Shown here: one piece after another, positions 16,953 through 26,189 of the stretch
How positions within the stretch are numbered: position 1 is the first letter of the stretch
Layout: each line of letters opens with the position of its first letter
Assembly (NCBI RefSeq): GCF_000012905.2
Contig: NC_007490.2
Location: 30,001-62,000, forward strand
Direction: 5' to 3'
Length of the DNA: 32,000 nt
Source of the DNA: Cereibacter sphaeroides 2.4.1
Lineage (GTDB): Bacteria > Pseudomonadota > Alphaproteobacteria > Rhodobacterales > Rhodobacteraceae
Translations under genes and position numbers: made by a program
The notes under the pieces: generated by a model
What the model was told of the DNA's origin: nothing
What the model saw: only the letters and a program-made list of their open reading frames with translations
The model's database searches: none

Positions 16953-17200
16953 ATGAGCAATCTCTTCTGGTGACGGAAGCGCAGATGGAGCGGCTGCCGC
17001 CGTTCTTTCCGAGGAGCCATGGCAGGCCGCGGGTCGATGATCGAAGAGTGTTGAGCGGCATAATCTTCATCAACCGCAATGGCTTACGATGGTGCGATGC
17101 CCCCAAGGAATACGGTCCGGCCAAGACCCTGTACAACCGCTGGAAGCGTTGGAGCGACAATGGTGTCTTCGCACGGATCATGATGGGTCTGGGCGAAACA
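16953..17200 (+). pseudogene. IS5-family (IS427/IS1031-like, DUF4096-type N-terminus) transposase fragment, frameshifted and truncated
   Basis: MSNLFW then TGA (16971-16973). With a 1-nt shift the reading continues (L)VTEAQMERLPPFFPRSHGRPRVDDRRVLSGIIFINRNGLRWCDAPKEYGPAKTLYNRWKRWSDNGVFARIMMGL. Similarity is lost after about 17200. Confidence 0.7.
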
Positions 17201-17657
17201 CCTGAGCCTTTCTTCGGGCAGACCTTCTTCACCTGTGGATATCGTAACGTTGTGCGCGCGGGGGGCCGGCCTCTCTGGTTTTGGGTAGCGGCGAGGAACA
17301 TCGTGGGAGGCGCTGGTGACAGCCGAACCCGGCCTTGTCGAGAGCGTCTTGGTCGGTGCCCGATCGGAACCAATGGGGTTTCCGCCCTTCGCCTGCTGGC
17401 GCGATCGCTGCAGCACGGCCGAGCTCCTCCGCTTATCACTGCCCTATTCACGAGCTCGAGGTCTGCCAAGGACGGCAAATCCAAGTGGCAGCCGCTTGGA
17501 ATCGCGGCGCACATGGTTTAAAGGCGGGGCATTCGTCAGGACCCGGGTGCGATCCCCGGGTGGCTCCTCCGGCCGCCGATCCGCCGGACCACCGTTCAAA
17601 ACAGACGGAACGTTACCGGCGGGCCAAGGGCCACTGCCGGTCCAGAACGGATTATTC

Positions 17658-19148
17658 ATGATTTCTTTGACCACCTACCGCCAGGAGTGGCTGGGCAACC
17701 TGCGGGGCGACCTGCTTTCGGGCATTGTCGTGGCGCTTGCCCTCATCCCCGAGGCCATCGCCTTCTCTATCATCGCCGGGGTCGATCCGAAGGTGGGGCT
17801 CTACGCCTCCTTCTCGATCGCCGTCATCACCGCCATCGCGGGCGGACGGCCAGGGATGATCTCGGCCGCCACCGCCGCGACCGCCGTGCTGATGGTGACC
17901 CTCGTGCGCGATCACGGGCTGGAATATCTGCTGGCGGCGACCGTGCTGGCGGGGCTGATCCAGACCAGCGCGGGCTTCCTGCGGCTGGGCTTCGTCATGC
18001 GCTACGTTTCGCGCTCGGTGATGACGGGCTTCGTCAATGCGCTGGCGATCCTGATCTTCCTGGCGCAGCTGCCCGAACTCGATCCCCGGACCGTGCCGCC
18101 ACTGACCTACCTGCTGGTGGCGGGCGGGCTTGCGATCATCTACCTGTTCCCGCGGATCACCCGCGCCGTGCCCTCGCCGCTCGTCACCATCGTCGTGCTG
18201 ACGGCGCTGACCTTCGCGCTGGGGCTCGATGTGCGGACGGTGGGCGACATGGGCGCGCTGCCCGACACGCTGCCCATGTTCCTGATCCCCGACATCCCCC
18301 TGACCTTCGAGACGCTGCAGATCATCCTGCCCTATTCCATCGCCGTCGCGGTGGTGGGGCTTCTGGAAAGCCTGATGACGCAGAACATCGTGGACGACCT
18401 GACCGACACGCGCTCGAACCGCAACCAGGAGTGCATCGGCCAGGGTCTGGCCAACACCGCCACCGGCTTCATCGGCGGCATGGCGGGCTGCGCCATGATC
18501 GGCCAGTCGATCATCAACGTGAAGTCGGGCGGGCGCGGGCGACTGTCGTCCTTTGCCGCCGGGGTCTACCTGCTGTTCATGGTGGTCGTGCTGGGCGATC
18601 TGGTCAGCCGGATCCCGATGGCGGCGCTGGTGGCGATCATGATCATGGTCTCGATCGGCACCTTCTCGTGGTCGTCAGTGAAGTCGCTGCGCACCCATCC
18701 GCGCTCGTCCTCGGTGGTGATGCTGGCGACGGTGGCGACCGTGGTCTGGACCCACAATCTGGCCATCGGCGTTCTGGTGGGCGTCCTGCTGTCGGGGATC
18801 TTCTTCGCGGCCAAGATCGCGCAGCTGTTCGGTGTGACATCAGAGCTGTCTAAGGACGGGCGCGAACGGATCTATAGGGTCGAGGGCCAGCTGTTCTATG
18901 CCTCGGTCGAGGATTTCATGGCGGCCTTCGACTTCCGTGAGGCACTCGACCGCGTGGTGATCGACGTGAGCCGCGCCCATATCTGGGACATCTCGTCGGT
19001 TCAGGCGCTGGACATGGCGGTGCTGAAGTTCCGCCGCGAAGGTGCCGAGGTGCGGATCGTTGGTATGAACGAGGCCTCGGAAACCATGGTGGACCGGCTG
19101 GCCATCCATGACAAGCCGGGCGCGATGGACCGGCTGGTGGCGCATTGA
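17658..19148 (+). CDS. SulP-family anion transporter with C-terminal STAS domain
   Basis: [42 protein letters not shown] is the canonical SulP N-terminus. It has multiple TM segments and a C-terminal STAS-like region ([15 protein letters not shown]...[11 protein letters not shown]). The 114 residues upstream in the ORF track show no transporter similarity. Confidence 0.9.
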   Translation: MISLTTYRQEWLGNLRGDLLSGIVVALALIPEAIAFSIIAGVDPKVGLYASFSIAVITAIAGGRPGMISAATAATAVLMVTLVRDHGLEYLLAATVLAGLIQTSAGFLRLGFVMRYVSRSVMTGFVNALAILIFLAQLPELDPRTVPPLTYLLVAGGLAIIYLFPRITRAVPSPLVTIVVLTALTFALGLDVRTVGDMGALPDTLPMFLIPDIPLTFETLQIILPYSIAVAVVGLLESLMTQNIVDDLTDTRSNRNQECIGQGLANTATGFIGGMAGCAMIGQSIINVKSGGRGRLSSFAAGVYLLFMVVVLGDLVSRIPMAALVAIMIMVSIGTFSWSSVKSLRTHPRSSSVVMLATVATVVWTHNLAIGVLVGVLLSGIFFAAKIAQLFGVTSELSKDGRERIYRVEGQLFYASVEDFMAAFDFREALDRVVIDVSRAHIWDISSVQALDMAVLKFRREGAEVRIVGMNEASETMVDRLAIHDKPGAMDRLVAH

Positions 19149-19159
19149 GAGAGGATGAG

Positions 19160-20008
19160 ATGACGGACAGGATTTTGGCGCTGGTGGACGGTTCGGACTT
19201 CTCGCGCAGCGTCTGCCTGCATGCGGCTTGGATCGCGCAGAGGCTCGAGCTTCCAGTGGACCTCCTGCATGTGCTGGGCCGACGAGAGGCGGCGGACCGG
19301 GGTGACCGTTCCGGTGCGCTCTCGCTGGGGGCGCGGACCGCGCTGCTCGAGGAACTGGCCGCGCTCGATGCAGCGCGGGCGCGGCTGGCGCAGGCAAAGG
19401 GGCGGGCGATCCTCGAGGATGCGCAGGCGATCCTGGCCGCCGAGAGCGTCGAGGCGACGCCCCATCTGCGGCAGGGAGACCTGATCGACACGGTGGCCGA
19501 GATCGAGCCCTCCATCCGGGCGCTGGTGGTCGGCAAGAGGGGCGAGGCGGCAGGCTTCGCCAGCGACCATCTCGGCTCGAACCTCGAGCGCATCCTGCGG
19601 GCGACGACGGTGCCGGTCTTCATCGCGACCGCAGACTACCGGCCGGTGCGCAAGGTGTTGGTGGCCTATGACGGCGGCGCCAGCGCGCGTGTGGCGATCG
19701 ACCGGATGGCGGCGAGCCCGGTATTCCGCGGCCTTGCGATCACGCTGACCTGCGCGGGCAACGCGGACGAGGCCAGCCGCAAGCTCGAGCGCGCCCGCGG
19801 CACGCTTCTGGCCGCCGGAGTCGAGGTCGAGACCTGCATTGTTCCCGGAGAGCCCGAGGTGGCGCTGCAAGCAAAGATCGAGGCCGAGGGCTTTGACCTG
19901 CTGGTGATGGGCGCCTATGGCCACAGCCGGATCCGCAGCCTGATCATCGGCTCGACCACCACCGCCCTGATCCGCGCCTGCACCATCCCCATGCTGGTCT
20001 ACCGGTAG
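19160..20008 (+). CDS. Universal stress protein, tandem Usp domains
   Basis: MTDRILALVDGS... and a second domain VLVAYDGGASA...LLVMGAYGHSRIRSLIIGSTTTALIRACTIPMLVY. GAGAGG lies upstream of ATG 19160, which is 11 nt after the SulP stop. Confidence 0.85.
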   Translation: MTDRILALVDGSDFSRSVCLHAAWIAQRLELPVDLLHVLGRREAADRGDRSGALSLGARTALLEELAALDAARARLAQAKGRAILEDAQAILAAESVEATPHLRQGDLIDTVAEIEPSIRALVVGKRGEAAGFASDHLGSNLERILRATTVPVFIATADYRPVRKVLVAYDGGASARVAIDRMAASPVFRGLAITLTCAGNADEASRKLERARGTLLAAGVEVETCIVPGEPEVALQAKIEAEGFDLLVMGAYGHSRIRSLIIGSTTTALIRACTIPMLVYR

Positions 20009-20014
20009 TCCGGG

Positions 20015-20350
20015 ATGGAGGAAGATTTTGCCGTCCGCTACGGCCCGCGCCTGCGCGCCGAACTTGCCGAACTGAGAGCCGCGTCCGAGGGCGCGCTCGA
20101 GGCCCGGCGCCCGGTGGAGTTGGATCAGCAGAGCGTCGGTCGGCTTTCGCGGATGGATGCGCTGCAGGGTCAGGCGATGGCGCAGGCGGTGGATGTCCGC
20201 CGCGCCGCCCGCCAGCGTGTGGTGGAAGCCGCGCTGTCGCGACTGGAAAGCGGCGAATTCGGCTGGTGCGAGGCCTGTGGCGAGCATATCGGCGTGAAGC
20301 GGCTGGACCTAGACCCAACGCTCGTGCGTTGCGTGGGCTGCGCGCGCTGA
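20015..20350 (+). CDS. DksA/TraR-family C4 zinc-finger protein
   Basis: The C-terminus CEACGEHIGVKRLDLDPTLVRCVGCA is CxxC-N17-CxxC. Upstream is a coiled-coil-like region with the LSRMDALQGQAM motif. It starts 6 nt after the USP stop. Confidence 0.8.
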   Translation: MEEDFAVRYGPRLRAELAELRAASEGALEARRPVELDQQSVGRLSRMDALQGQAMAQAVDVRRAARQRVVEAALSRLESGEFGWCEACGEHIGVKRLDLDPTLVRCVGCAR

Positions 20351-20381
20351 AAGGCGCGTCGGTTCCAAGGATATTCTCGAA

Positions 20382-21632
20382 ATGATGACGACAAGGACGC
20401 CGTCCCTCAGCGAGCTCACGGGGCGGCAGGCCAGCTGGATTGCCGGCGGGCTGGTGATGACACTGGCGACCATGCCGGGCCAGACCAACTTCATCGCGCA
20501 GTTCAATGCGGTGCTGCGGGCCGAGTTCGGCCTGAGCAGCGGCCTGTTCGGCGGCCTCTACACGCTCGCGACCCTGACCAGCGCTACGGGGCTGATCTTC
20601 GCCGGGGCCCTGGCCGACCGGATCGCGCCGCGGAAGCTGGCCTTGGCGATCATGGCCGGGCTCGCGGCGACGGCCCTTCTCATGTCTCAGGTCCAGAACC
20701 TGCCGCTGCTGGTGGTGGCGCTGGCCCTGCTGCGCTTCTTCGGGCAGGGGATGCTGATGCATGTGGCGCTGACCGCCATGGCGCGCTGGTTCGACAGGTT
20801 TCGCGGGCGGGCCCTGTCCTTCGCGATGTTCGGCATCACGCTGGGGGATTCAATCCTACCCTTCATGCTGACCGTCTCGATCACGGCCTTCGGCTGGCGG
20901 ACCGTCTGGATCGGCACGGCCTGCACGCTGGCCCTGGCGTTGATGCCGCTGGTGTTCCTCCTGCTGCGCCGCTCGCCGGAAGGAGGGGCCGTCCCGGCAG
21001 GAGGCCCTGCGCCGGCGGCGACCGGTCTCGAGTGGCGCCGCGCGCGCGTGCTGCGGGATCCGCTGTTCTGGGCGATCCTGCCGGGCATCATGGCGATGCC
21101 CGGGATCGGGACGCTCTTCATCTTCCATCAGGCCAATCTGGTGGAGGCGAAAGGCTGGGATCTGACCACCTTCACCGCCTTCTTCCCCGTTCTGGCGGTG
21201 ACGGTTGCGGCCTCGTCGCTCGCCGCAGGCGTTCTCGTCGACCGGCTGGGCGCCTGGCGGCTGATGCCCGTCCTGCTCCTGCCACTTTCGGCCGCCTGCC
21301 TCGTGGTGGCGGCCCTGACCCCGGTCTGGTCCATCCCGCTAATCTTCCTCGGCTTCGGTCTAACCCAAGGCGTGATGAACCCCGTCATGGGCGCCGTATG
21401 GGTGGAACTCTACGGCAGCGCCCACATCGGCGCCGTGCGGTCGCTGGCCACCGCGGCGCTTGTCGCGGCCTCGGCAATCGGGCCTGGCCTCGCGGGCTGG
21501 CTGCTCGACGCCGGCATCCCCCTTGAGCGGCAGGCGGTGTGCTACGCCGCGTTCTGCCTTGCCTGCACAGCGATCTACGCGCTCCTCCAACCGCGGCTCC
21601 GCCGACGAACGGTTGCGAGCGCTACTGGCTGA
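20382..21632 (+). CDS. MFS transporter (416 aa)
   Basis: About 12 hydrophobic segments. An MFS loop-like motif (GALADRIAPRK) lies between the predicted TM2 and TM3. Confidence 0.8.
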   Translation: MMTTRTPSLSELTGRQASWIAGGLVMTLATMPGQTNFIAQFNAVLRAEFGLSSGLFGGLYTLATLTSATGLIFAGALADRIAPRKLALAIMAGLAATALLMSQVQNLPLLVVALALLRFFGQGMLMHVALTAMARWFDRFRGRALSFAMFGITLGDSILPFMLTVSITAFGWRTVWIGTACTLALALMPLVFLLLRRSPEGGAVPAGGPAPAATGLEWRRARVLRDPLFWAILPGIMAMPGIGTLFIFHQANLVEAKGWDLTTFTAFFPVLAVTVAASSLAAGVLVDRLGAWRLMPVLLLPLSAACLVVAALTPVWSIPLIFLGFGLTQGVMNPVMGAVWVELYGSAHIGAVRSLATAALVAASAIGPGLAGWLLDAGIPLERQAVCYAAFCLACTAIYALLQPRLRRRTVASATG

Positions 21633-21768
21633 CCGGACACGTACGCGCGAGACAGGATGTCTTTGCACCCCACTAGTCCGGGAACGAGGATCTGATCGCG
21701 GTTGCGGGGCGCGTGGGCGCCGCGAGCCCTTCGCCGGCTGATCCAGATCAAGGCCAGGTGATCCATCG

Positions 21769-21786
21769 CATGCGCATAAACGCATG
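21769..21786. promoter_or_regulatory. Inverted repeat CATGCG-N6-CGCATG upstream of arsR (candidate ArsR operator)
   Basis: Perfect 6-bp arms lie 17 nt upstream of ATG 21803. TGATCCA direct repeats are at 21739-21745, 21759-21765 and 21804-21810. The 10-mer TGATCCAGAT occurs at 21739-21748 and 21804-21813. Confidence 0.35.
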
Positions 21787-21802
21787 AGACGGAGTCGCCG
21801 CC

Positions 21803-22087
21803 ATGATCCAGATACTCTCGGCGCTTGCCGAACCTACCCGCCTTGCAGCCCTCAGTCTCCTGTGGGACGGCAGCGAGCATTGCGTGTGCGAGTTGATGAC
21901 GCGTCTCGGCGCCACGCAAAGCCGGATGTCGCGGCACATGCAGGTGCTGAAGCAGGCGGGCCTGGTCACCGACCGTCGCGATGCTCAATGGGTGCGCTAC
22001 CGGCTGAACCCTGAGATGGCACCGGCCGTGCGCACCGTCCTTGCCGCCGTCATGGCATCGCTGGCCGAGGATCGGAAAGCGGCATGA
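21803..22087 (+). CDS. arsR: ArsR/SmtB-family metalloregulator with CVC arsenite-binding motif
   Basis: LAEPTRLAALSLLWDGSEHCVCELMTRLGATQSRMSRHMQVLKQAGLV. GGAG at 21791-21794. ATGA overlap with the next gene. Confidence 0.9.
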   Translation: MIQILSALAEPTRLAALSLLWDGSEHCVCELMTRLGATQSRMSRHMQVLKQAGLVTDRRDAQWVRYRLNPEMAPAVRTVLAAVMASLAEDRKAA

Positions 22088-23142
22088 GCGTGCAGTCCAC
22101 CCCTACCCCCCGCGCGGCCTCGCCCCTGATCTGGACGGCCGGCGTTCTGGCCGCCGTCATGCTCTGGTGGCTCGTCTATCGCCAGCTTGTCCCGGCCTCC
22201 GAGACGATCGTGGCGCTTCTTCCGGTCGAACGGCACAGCCACACCGGCGAGGCGCTGGCCTTCTTCTTCTACGACGTGCCCAAGGTGATGCTGCTTCTGG
22301 CACTGATCGTCTTTGCCATGGGAGTCGTGCGCAGCTTCTTCAGCCCCGAGCGCACCCGCGCGCTGCTGGCGGGCAAGCGCGAGGGCGTGGGCAATGTTAT
22401 GGCCGCCAGCCTCGGGGTGGTGACGCCGTTCTGTTCCTGCTCGGCGGTGCCGCTGTTCATCGGCCTCGTCTCGGCCGGGGTGCCGCTGGGGGTGACGTTT
22501 TCCTTCCTGATCTCGGCGCCGATGGTGAACGAGGTGGCGCTGGTGCTGCTGTTCGGCCTTGTCGGCTGGGAGGTCGCGCTGACCTATTTCGGGTTCGGCC
22601 TGCTGATCGCCATCGTTGCGGGCTGGGTGATCGGCCGGCTGAATCTGGAGGGCTGGCTGCAGGACTGGGTGCGCGACATCCATTCCGGCGCCGCGACCCC
22701 GGCGGCCGTGGACGGGGCGCGGCTGACGCTGGTCGACCGCTACCGGCTGGGGCTTGAAGCGGTGCGCGAAATCTTCGGCCGGGTGTGGAAATGGATCATC
22801 CTCGGCATCGGGATGGGCGCGCTGATCCACGGCTATGTGCCCGAGGACCTGATGGTGCGCATCATGGGGGCGGAGGCCTGGTGGTCGGTGCCGGCCGCGG
22901 TCATCATGGGCATCCCGATGTACACCAACGCCGCCGGCGTGATCCCGATCGTCGAGGCACTGCTGGGCAAGGGCGCGGCGCTCGGCACGGTGCTGGCCTT
23001 CATGATGTCGGTGATCGCGCTCTCGTTGCCCGAGATGATCATCCTGCGTCAGGTGCTGACGCTCCGGCTGATCGCGGTCTTCGTGGGGGTGGTGGGCGCC
23101 GGCATCCTCGCCGTGGGCTTCCTGTTCAACCTGCTGTTCTGA
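22084..23142 (+). CDS. arsP: Permease of the ArsP / COG0701 type (putative organoarsenical efflux permease)
   Basis: A multi-TM protein carrying the vicinal-cysteine motif TPFCSCSAVPLF characteristic of this family. It is translationally coupled to arsR. Confidence 0.7.
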   Translation: MSVQSTPTPRAASPLIWTAGVLAAVMLWWLVYRQLVPASETIVALLPVERHSHTGEALAFFFYDVPKVMLLLALIVFAMGVVRSFFSPERTRALLAGKREGVGNVMAASLGVVTPFCSCSAVPLFIGLVSAGVPLGVTFSFLISAPMVNEVALVLLFGLVGWEVALTYFGFGLLIAIVAGWVIGRLNLEGWLQDWVRDIHSGAATPAAVDGARLTLVDRYRLGLEAVREIFGRVWKWIILGIGMGALIHGYVPEDLMVRIMGAEAWWSVPAAVIMGIPMYTNAAGVIPIVEALLGKGAALGTVLAFMMSVIALSLPEMIILRQVLTLRLIAVFVGVVGAGILAVGFLFNLLF

Positions 23143-23154
23143 AAGGGCTTTCCA

Positions 23155-23385
23155 ATGGATATTAAGGTGCTCGGCCCCGGTTGCGTGAAATGTCGCGCGA
23201 CCGTCGAGGTGATCGAGGAGGCGGCGAAGGCCCAAGGCGTGCCGGTGACCGTGACCAAGGTCGAGGGCATGCGTGAGATCGTGGGCTATGGCGTCATGTC
23301 CACCCCCGGCGTCGTGGTCGAGGGGAGGGTGGTCCACACCGGCTCGGTCCCCACGCGCGATCAGGTGAAGGAGTGGCTGAAATGA
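23155..23385 (+). CDS. Small thioredoxin-fold protein (redox-active disulfide protein 2-like)
   Basis: 76 aa. MDIKVLGPGCVKCRATVE has a CxxC motif. The protein ends ...STPGVVVEGRVVHTGSVPTRDQVKEWL. This family is a common partner of ArsP-type permeases. Confidence 0.75.
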   Translation: MDIKVLGPGCVKCRATVEVIEEAAKAQGVPVTVTKVEGMREIVGYGVMSTPGVVVEGRVVHTGSVPTRDQVKEWLK

Positions 23386-23699
23386 CCGCCCGCGAGTTGC
23401 CCGAGGCGCGCCAGCTTTGCCCGACCTCGACCCGAAAAGCGCTGGCTTCGGGCGCGCTGCTCGTCGACGTGCGCGAGGCCGACGAGCAGGCCGCCGTGGG
23501 CTTTGCCGAGGCCGAGGTCCTGTCGATCCCGCTCAGCCAGTTCGAGGCGCGCTGTGCCGAGGTGCTACGCGAGCGCGAGGTGGTGGTGGCCTGGCGCTTC
23601 CGGGTTGATCACGACGATCTGCGGAACGTCCGGCTCCCGAAGGCGTGCGATCATCGCGTGGGCCAGCTTGCGGACCCGAAATACTGGCTGCCGTTGTAA
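23382..23699 (+). pseudogene. Rhodanese-like domain gene, truncated (homology ends near 23595)
   Basis: The ATG at 23382 overlaps the upstream stop (ATGA). LLVDVREADEQAAVGFAEAEVLSIPLSQFEARCAEVLREREVVVA resembles the first half of single-domain rhodaneses. The active-site Cys loop is absent, and the remaining open frame reads through unrelated sequence. Confidence 0.45.
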
Positions 23700-23925
23700 A
23701 GTGGCCACCGCGCCGGCCGCCGATCGCGCGTCTCGATCCGGCGCCAGCGCTGCAAGCCTTCCGGGCGCGGCTGCTTCTTGTGCTGGGCGACGAAGTCACG
23801 ATTGACCACATATGGCTCGTCGGCCAGATCCCGGCGCAGGGCAACACGAGCCACTGGCTGATTGCGCGCAGGGAGGATCCGGGCAATCTCAACGTGTTCC
23901 CGGTCCGGCGTGGCAACTGAGGAAT
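23590..23925 (-). pseudogene. Phospholipase D / cardiolipin-synthase-like family gene fragment, frameshifted
   Basis: Minus-strand frames give ...HVEIARILPARNQ...RRIETRDRRPARWPLYNGSQYFGS and, after a frameshift, VRKLAHAMIARLREPDVPQIVVINPEAPG. These resemble the (E/N)xQYFxS...RLxEPDGPEIVxxNP region of PLD-family proteins. No start or end of a gene is present. Confidence 0.35.
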
Positions 23926-23929
23926 CATG

Positions 23930-24378
23930 CCGCGCGGGCTTTACACAACCGAAACGTGCGCAACCTACTGGCCGAGGCGCTGCCGCCGAGGTCTACGGTG
24001 CCTCCCGATAGCACGATCCTGCCGCGCTGGCGGGAGGCGGACCACCATCGTCAGGCGGGCACTACGAACGTGCTCGTTTTGGGCGAACGCTATGGCATGG
24101 GCTCGTCGCGCGACTGGGCGACCGAGGGGCCGGCGCTTCTTGGCGTGCACGCGGTCCTAGCGGTCGGCTTCGACCGGATCCACCGTGCGAACTTGATCGT
24201 CATTGGCATCCCGCCGGTGAAGCTGCCGCCGGGGATCACGCCGGAAGGCCTGGGCCTACGGGGCACGGACGAGATCGAGGTGGTGATGACCTGCCCGATG
24301 GTGACGATCCACCGGTGCGATGGACGTGTGGACGCCCTGTGCGTCAGGCTGGCTGCCGAGACATCACTCGTGGCGTAG
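23930..24378 (+). pseudogene. Aconitate hydratase C-terminal (swivel domain) fragment
   Basis: NRNVRNLLA...VLVLGERYGMGSSRDWATEGPALLGVHAVLAVGFDRIHRANLIVIGIPPVKLPPG aligns with the canonical AcnA sequence ...[47 protein letters not shown]. More than 700 N-terminal residues are missing. Confidence 0.6.
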
Positions 24379-25010
24379 ACGCTGAGCGACGGCGGCCTTC
24401 GGCCTCTGGGTCTCCGGCGCAGCATCGCGCGTGGCGGGGCTACCTGACGCCCCGGCTCCGGGCGAATTCCGCGCGAGGCGTGGCATGATGCGGGCGTGCG
24501 CGGGGCGGGCCGCGGCCCTGACCGCCCGCGATCCGCTGCTGTTTCCGTCGCGACCGCAGGGGAAGGGATGCCGGGCACCAACGCCGGACGACGCGCGGAC
24601 CGAAACGAAGCGCCAGTCACGATCCCTGTTGCGTGATATCCGTAGCAGGTTCTGTCTTCCCTTGAGAGGCCGGGCGTACTTTGCAGCGGTAGCCGACCGC
24701 CAACCCGGCAGCAACATTCTGATCAGGAACATTTATCAACTTAAGGATTAGTTTTATCCTAGTAAGATCGCCTCGATTGCAGCATGGTCGAGGTCTACCT
24801 TGGATCCCGGTTTCATCCCGGGTGGCTATTCCGGCCGCCAATCCGCCGGAGCGACGTTCCCCGATTCCGACCTCCCGATCCGGGCGGCTGCTGGCAAGGA
24901 GTGGAAAGAAAGCGATGCCACGCCATACCCGTCAGACGGACGTTCTGCGTCCGCCACAAGTGCTGCCGAGTCAGGCCCCCGCTCAGGACCCCTCACCTCG
25001 GGTCGAGCGC

Positions 25011-26138
25011 ATGCGCGTTCTCTTCACGTTGGGCGACCCTTACCTGCCGCAGCGCTCGGGCGGCGCCCAGTCCAGCACAGACCAGCTGGTGCGCGCGCTG
25101 CTCGCCGAGGGGCATTCGGCCGCCGTGCTCTCTGGCCTCGAGGGCGGCGGCTGGGTCGAACTTTACAGCCGGCTCCAGCGCCGCGTCCTGCGGCGGCATT
25201 ATGCGGTCGACCGCGCGCGGGGCTACCCCGTCTTTCGCACCTGGGATCCGCGCGACGCGGGCGAGGTGATCCGCCGCTTCCGCCCGCATGTGGCGGTGGT
25301 CCAGAACGACAATACCGGGCGCGCTCTCGCCCTCGCCCGCTCCTTTGAGGCCGAGGGCATCGCGGTCGTCTTCTACTTCCGCAACGTAGACTTCGAAGAC
25401 ATCGGCGGCGATCCGGCCTCGGTGCGATCTGCCGCCTATATCGCCAATTCGCGCTTCACCGCCACTAGTTGCCGGACGGCCTTCGGCATCCGCCCGCGGG
25501 TCATCCCGCCCTTGGTCGAATCGGCTCTTTACCGCACGGAAAGCAGCCGCGAGAACGTCACCTTCATCAATCCGGTGCCGGTGAAGGGGCTTGAGATCGC
25601 CCTTGGCGTGGCAGGCCACTGCCCCGACATCCCCTTCGTCTTTCAGGAGAGTTGGCCGCTCAGCCCCGAGCGGCGTGCGGCGCTGGAGGCGCGCCTGGCG
25701 GATCTGCCTAACGTGCGGCCGCAGGGCCGCACCGCCGACATGAAGGCAGTCTACGGCAAGGCGCGATTTGTCCTCGCCCCGAGCCTCTGGCAGGAGGCGT
25801 GGGGACGGGTGGCAACCGAGGCGCAATTCTGCGGCCTGCCCGTTATCGGCTCCAGTCGCGGCGGCCTGCCCGAGGCGATTGGCCCCGGCGGGCTGATCGT
25901 GGATGCCGAGGCGCCCCTCGCGGCCTGGGTTGCGGCGGTGCGCAGGCTCTGGGACGATCCGGCGGAGTACGAGCGGCTTGCAATTCAGGCGAGAGCCCAT
26001 GCAGGGCGCCCCGAGATCCAGGGGCGCCAGCAGCTCGCCGCGTTTCTCGACGTGCTGCGCGCGACGGTCTCGCGCGGCGTGAGCCGGGCAAGCGCGCGGA
26101 CCGCTCACCTGCTCGCCATGGCGCTTCTGCTCGTGTGA
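25011..26138 (+). CDS. Glycosyltransferase (GT-B fold, family 4/1-like)
   Basis: MRVLFTLGDPYLPQRSGGAQSSTDQLVRALLAEGH is a typical N-terminus. The C-terminal region E(A)WGRVATEAQFCGLPVIGSSRGGLPEAI is an EX7E-like motif. Alternative starts are ATG 24915 and the ORF-track start 24777. Confidence 0.75.
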   Translation: MRVLFTLGDPYLPQRSGGAQSSTDQLVRALLAEGHSAAVLSGLEGGGWVELYSRLQRRVLRRHYAVDRARGYPVFRTWDPRDAGEVIRRFRPHVAVVQNDNTGRALALARSFEAEGIAVVFYFRNVDFEDIGGDPASVRSAAYIANSRFTATSCRTAFGIRPRVIPPLVESALYRTESSRENVTFINPVPVKGLEIALGVAGHCPDIPFVFQESWPLSPERRAALEARLADLPNVRPQGRTADMKAVYGKARFVLAPSLWQEAWGRVATEAQFCGLPVIGSSRGGLPEAIGPGGLIVDAEAPLAAWVAAVRRLWDDPAEYERLAIQARAHAGRPEIQGRQQLAAFLDVLRATVSRGVSRASARTAHLLAMALLLV

Positions 26139-26189
26139 CGACGGCGGTCGGCGGCCCTAACAGACGAGAAGATCGAGGAAGACGAGCCG

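Noticed and set aside
18916-20762. Minus-strand ORFs of 235, 428 and 272 aa opposite the USP, DksA-like and MFS genes
   Set aside because: Same reasoning: the plus-strand genes have clear family motifs and tight operon spacing, and the antisense products are Arg/Gly/Pro-rich.
21997-23337. 446-aa His/Asp/Arg-rich minus-strand ORF opposite arsP
   Set aside because: It is the shadow frame of a membrane protein gene. The extreme charged composition is the complement of hydrophobic codons.
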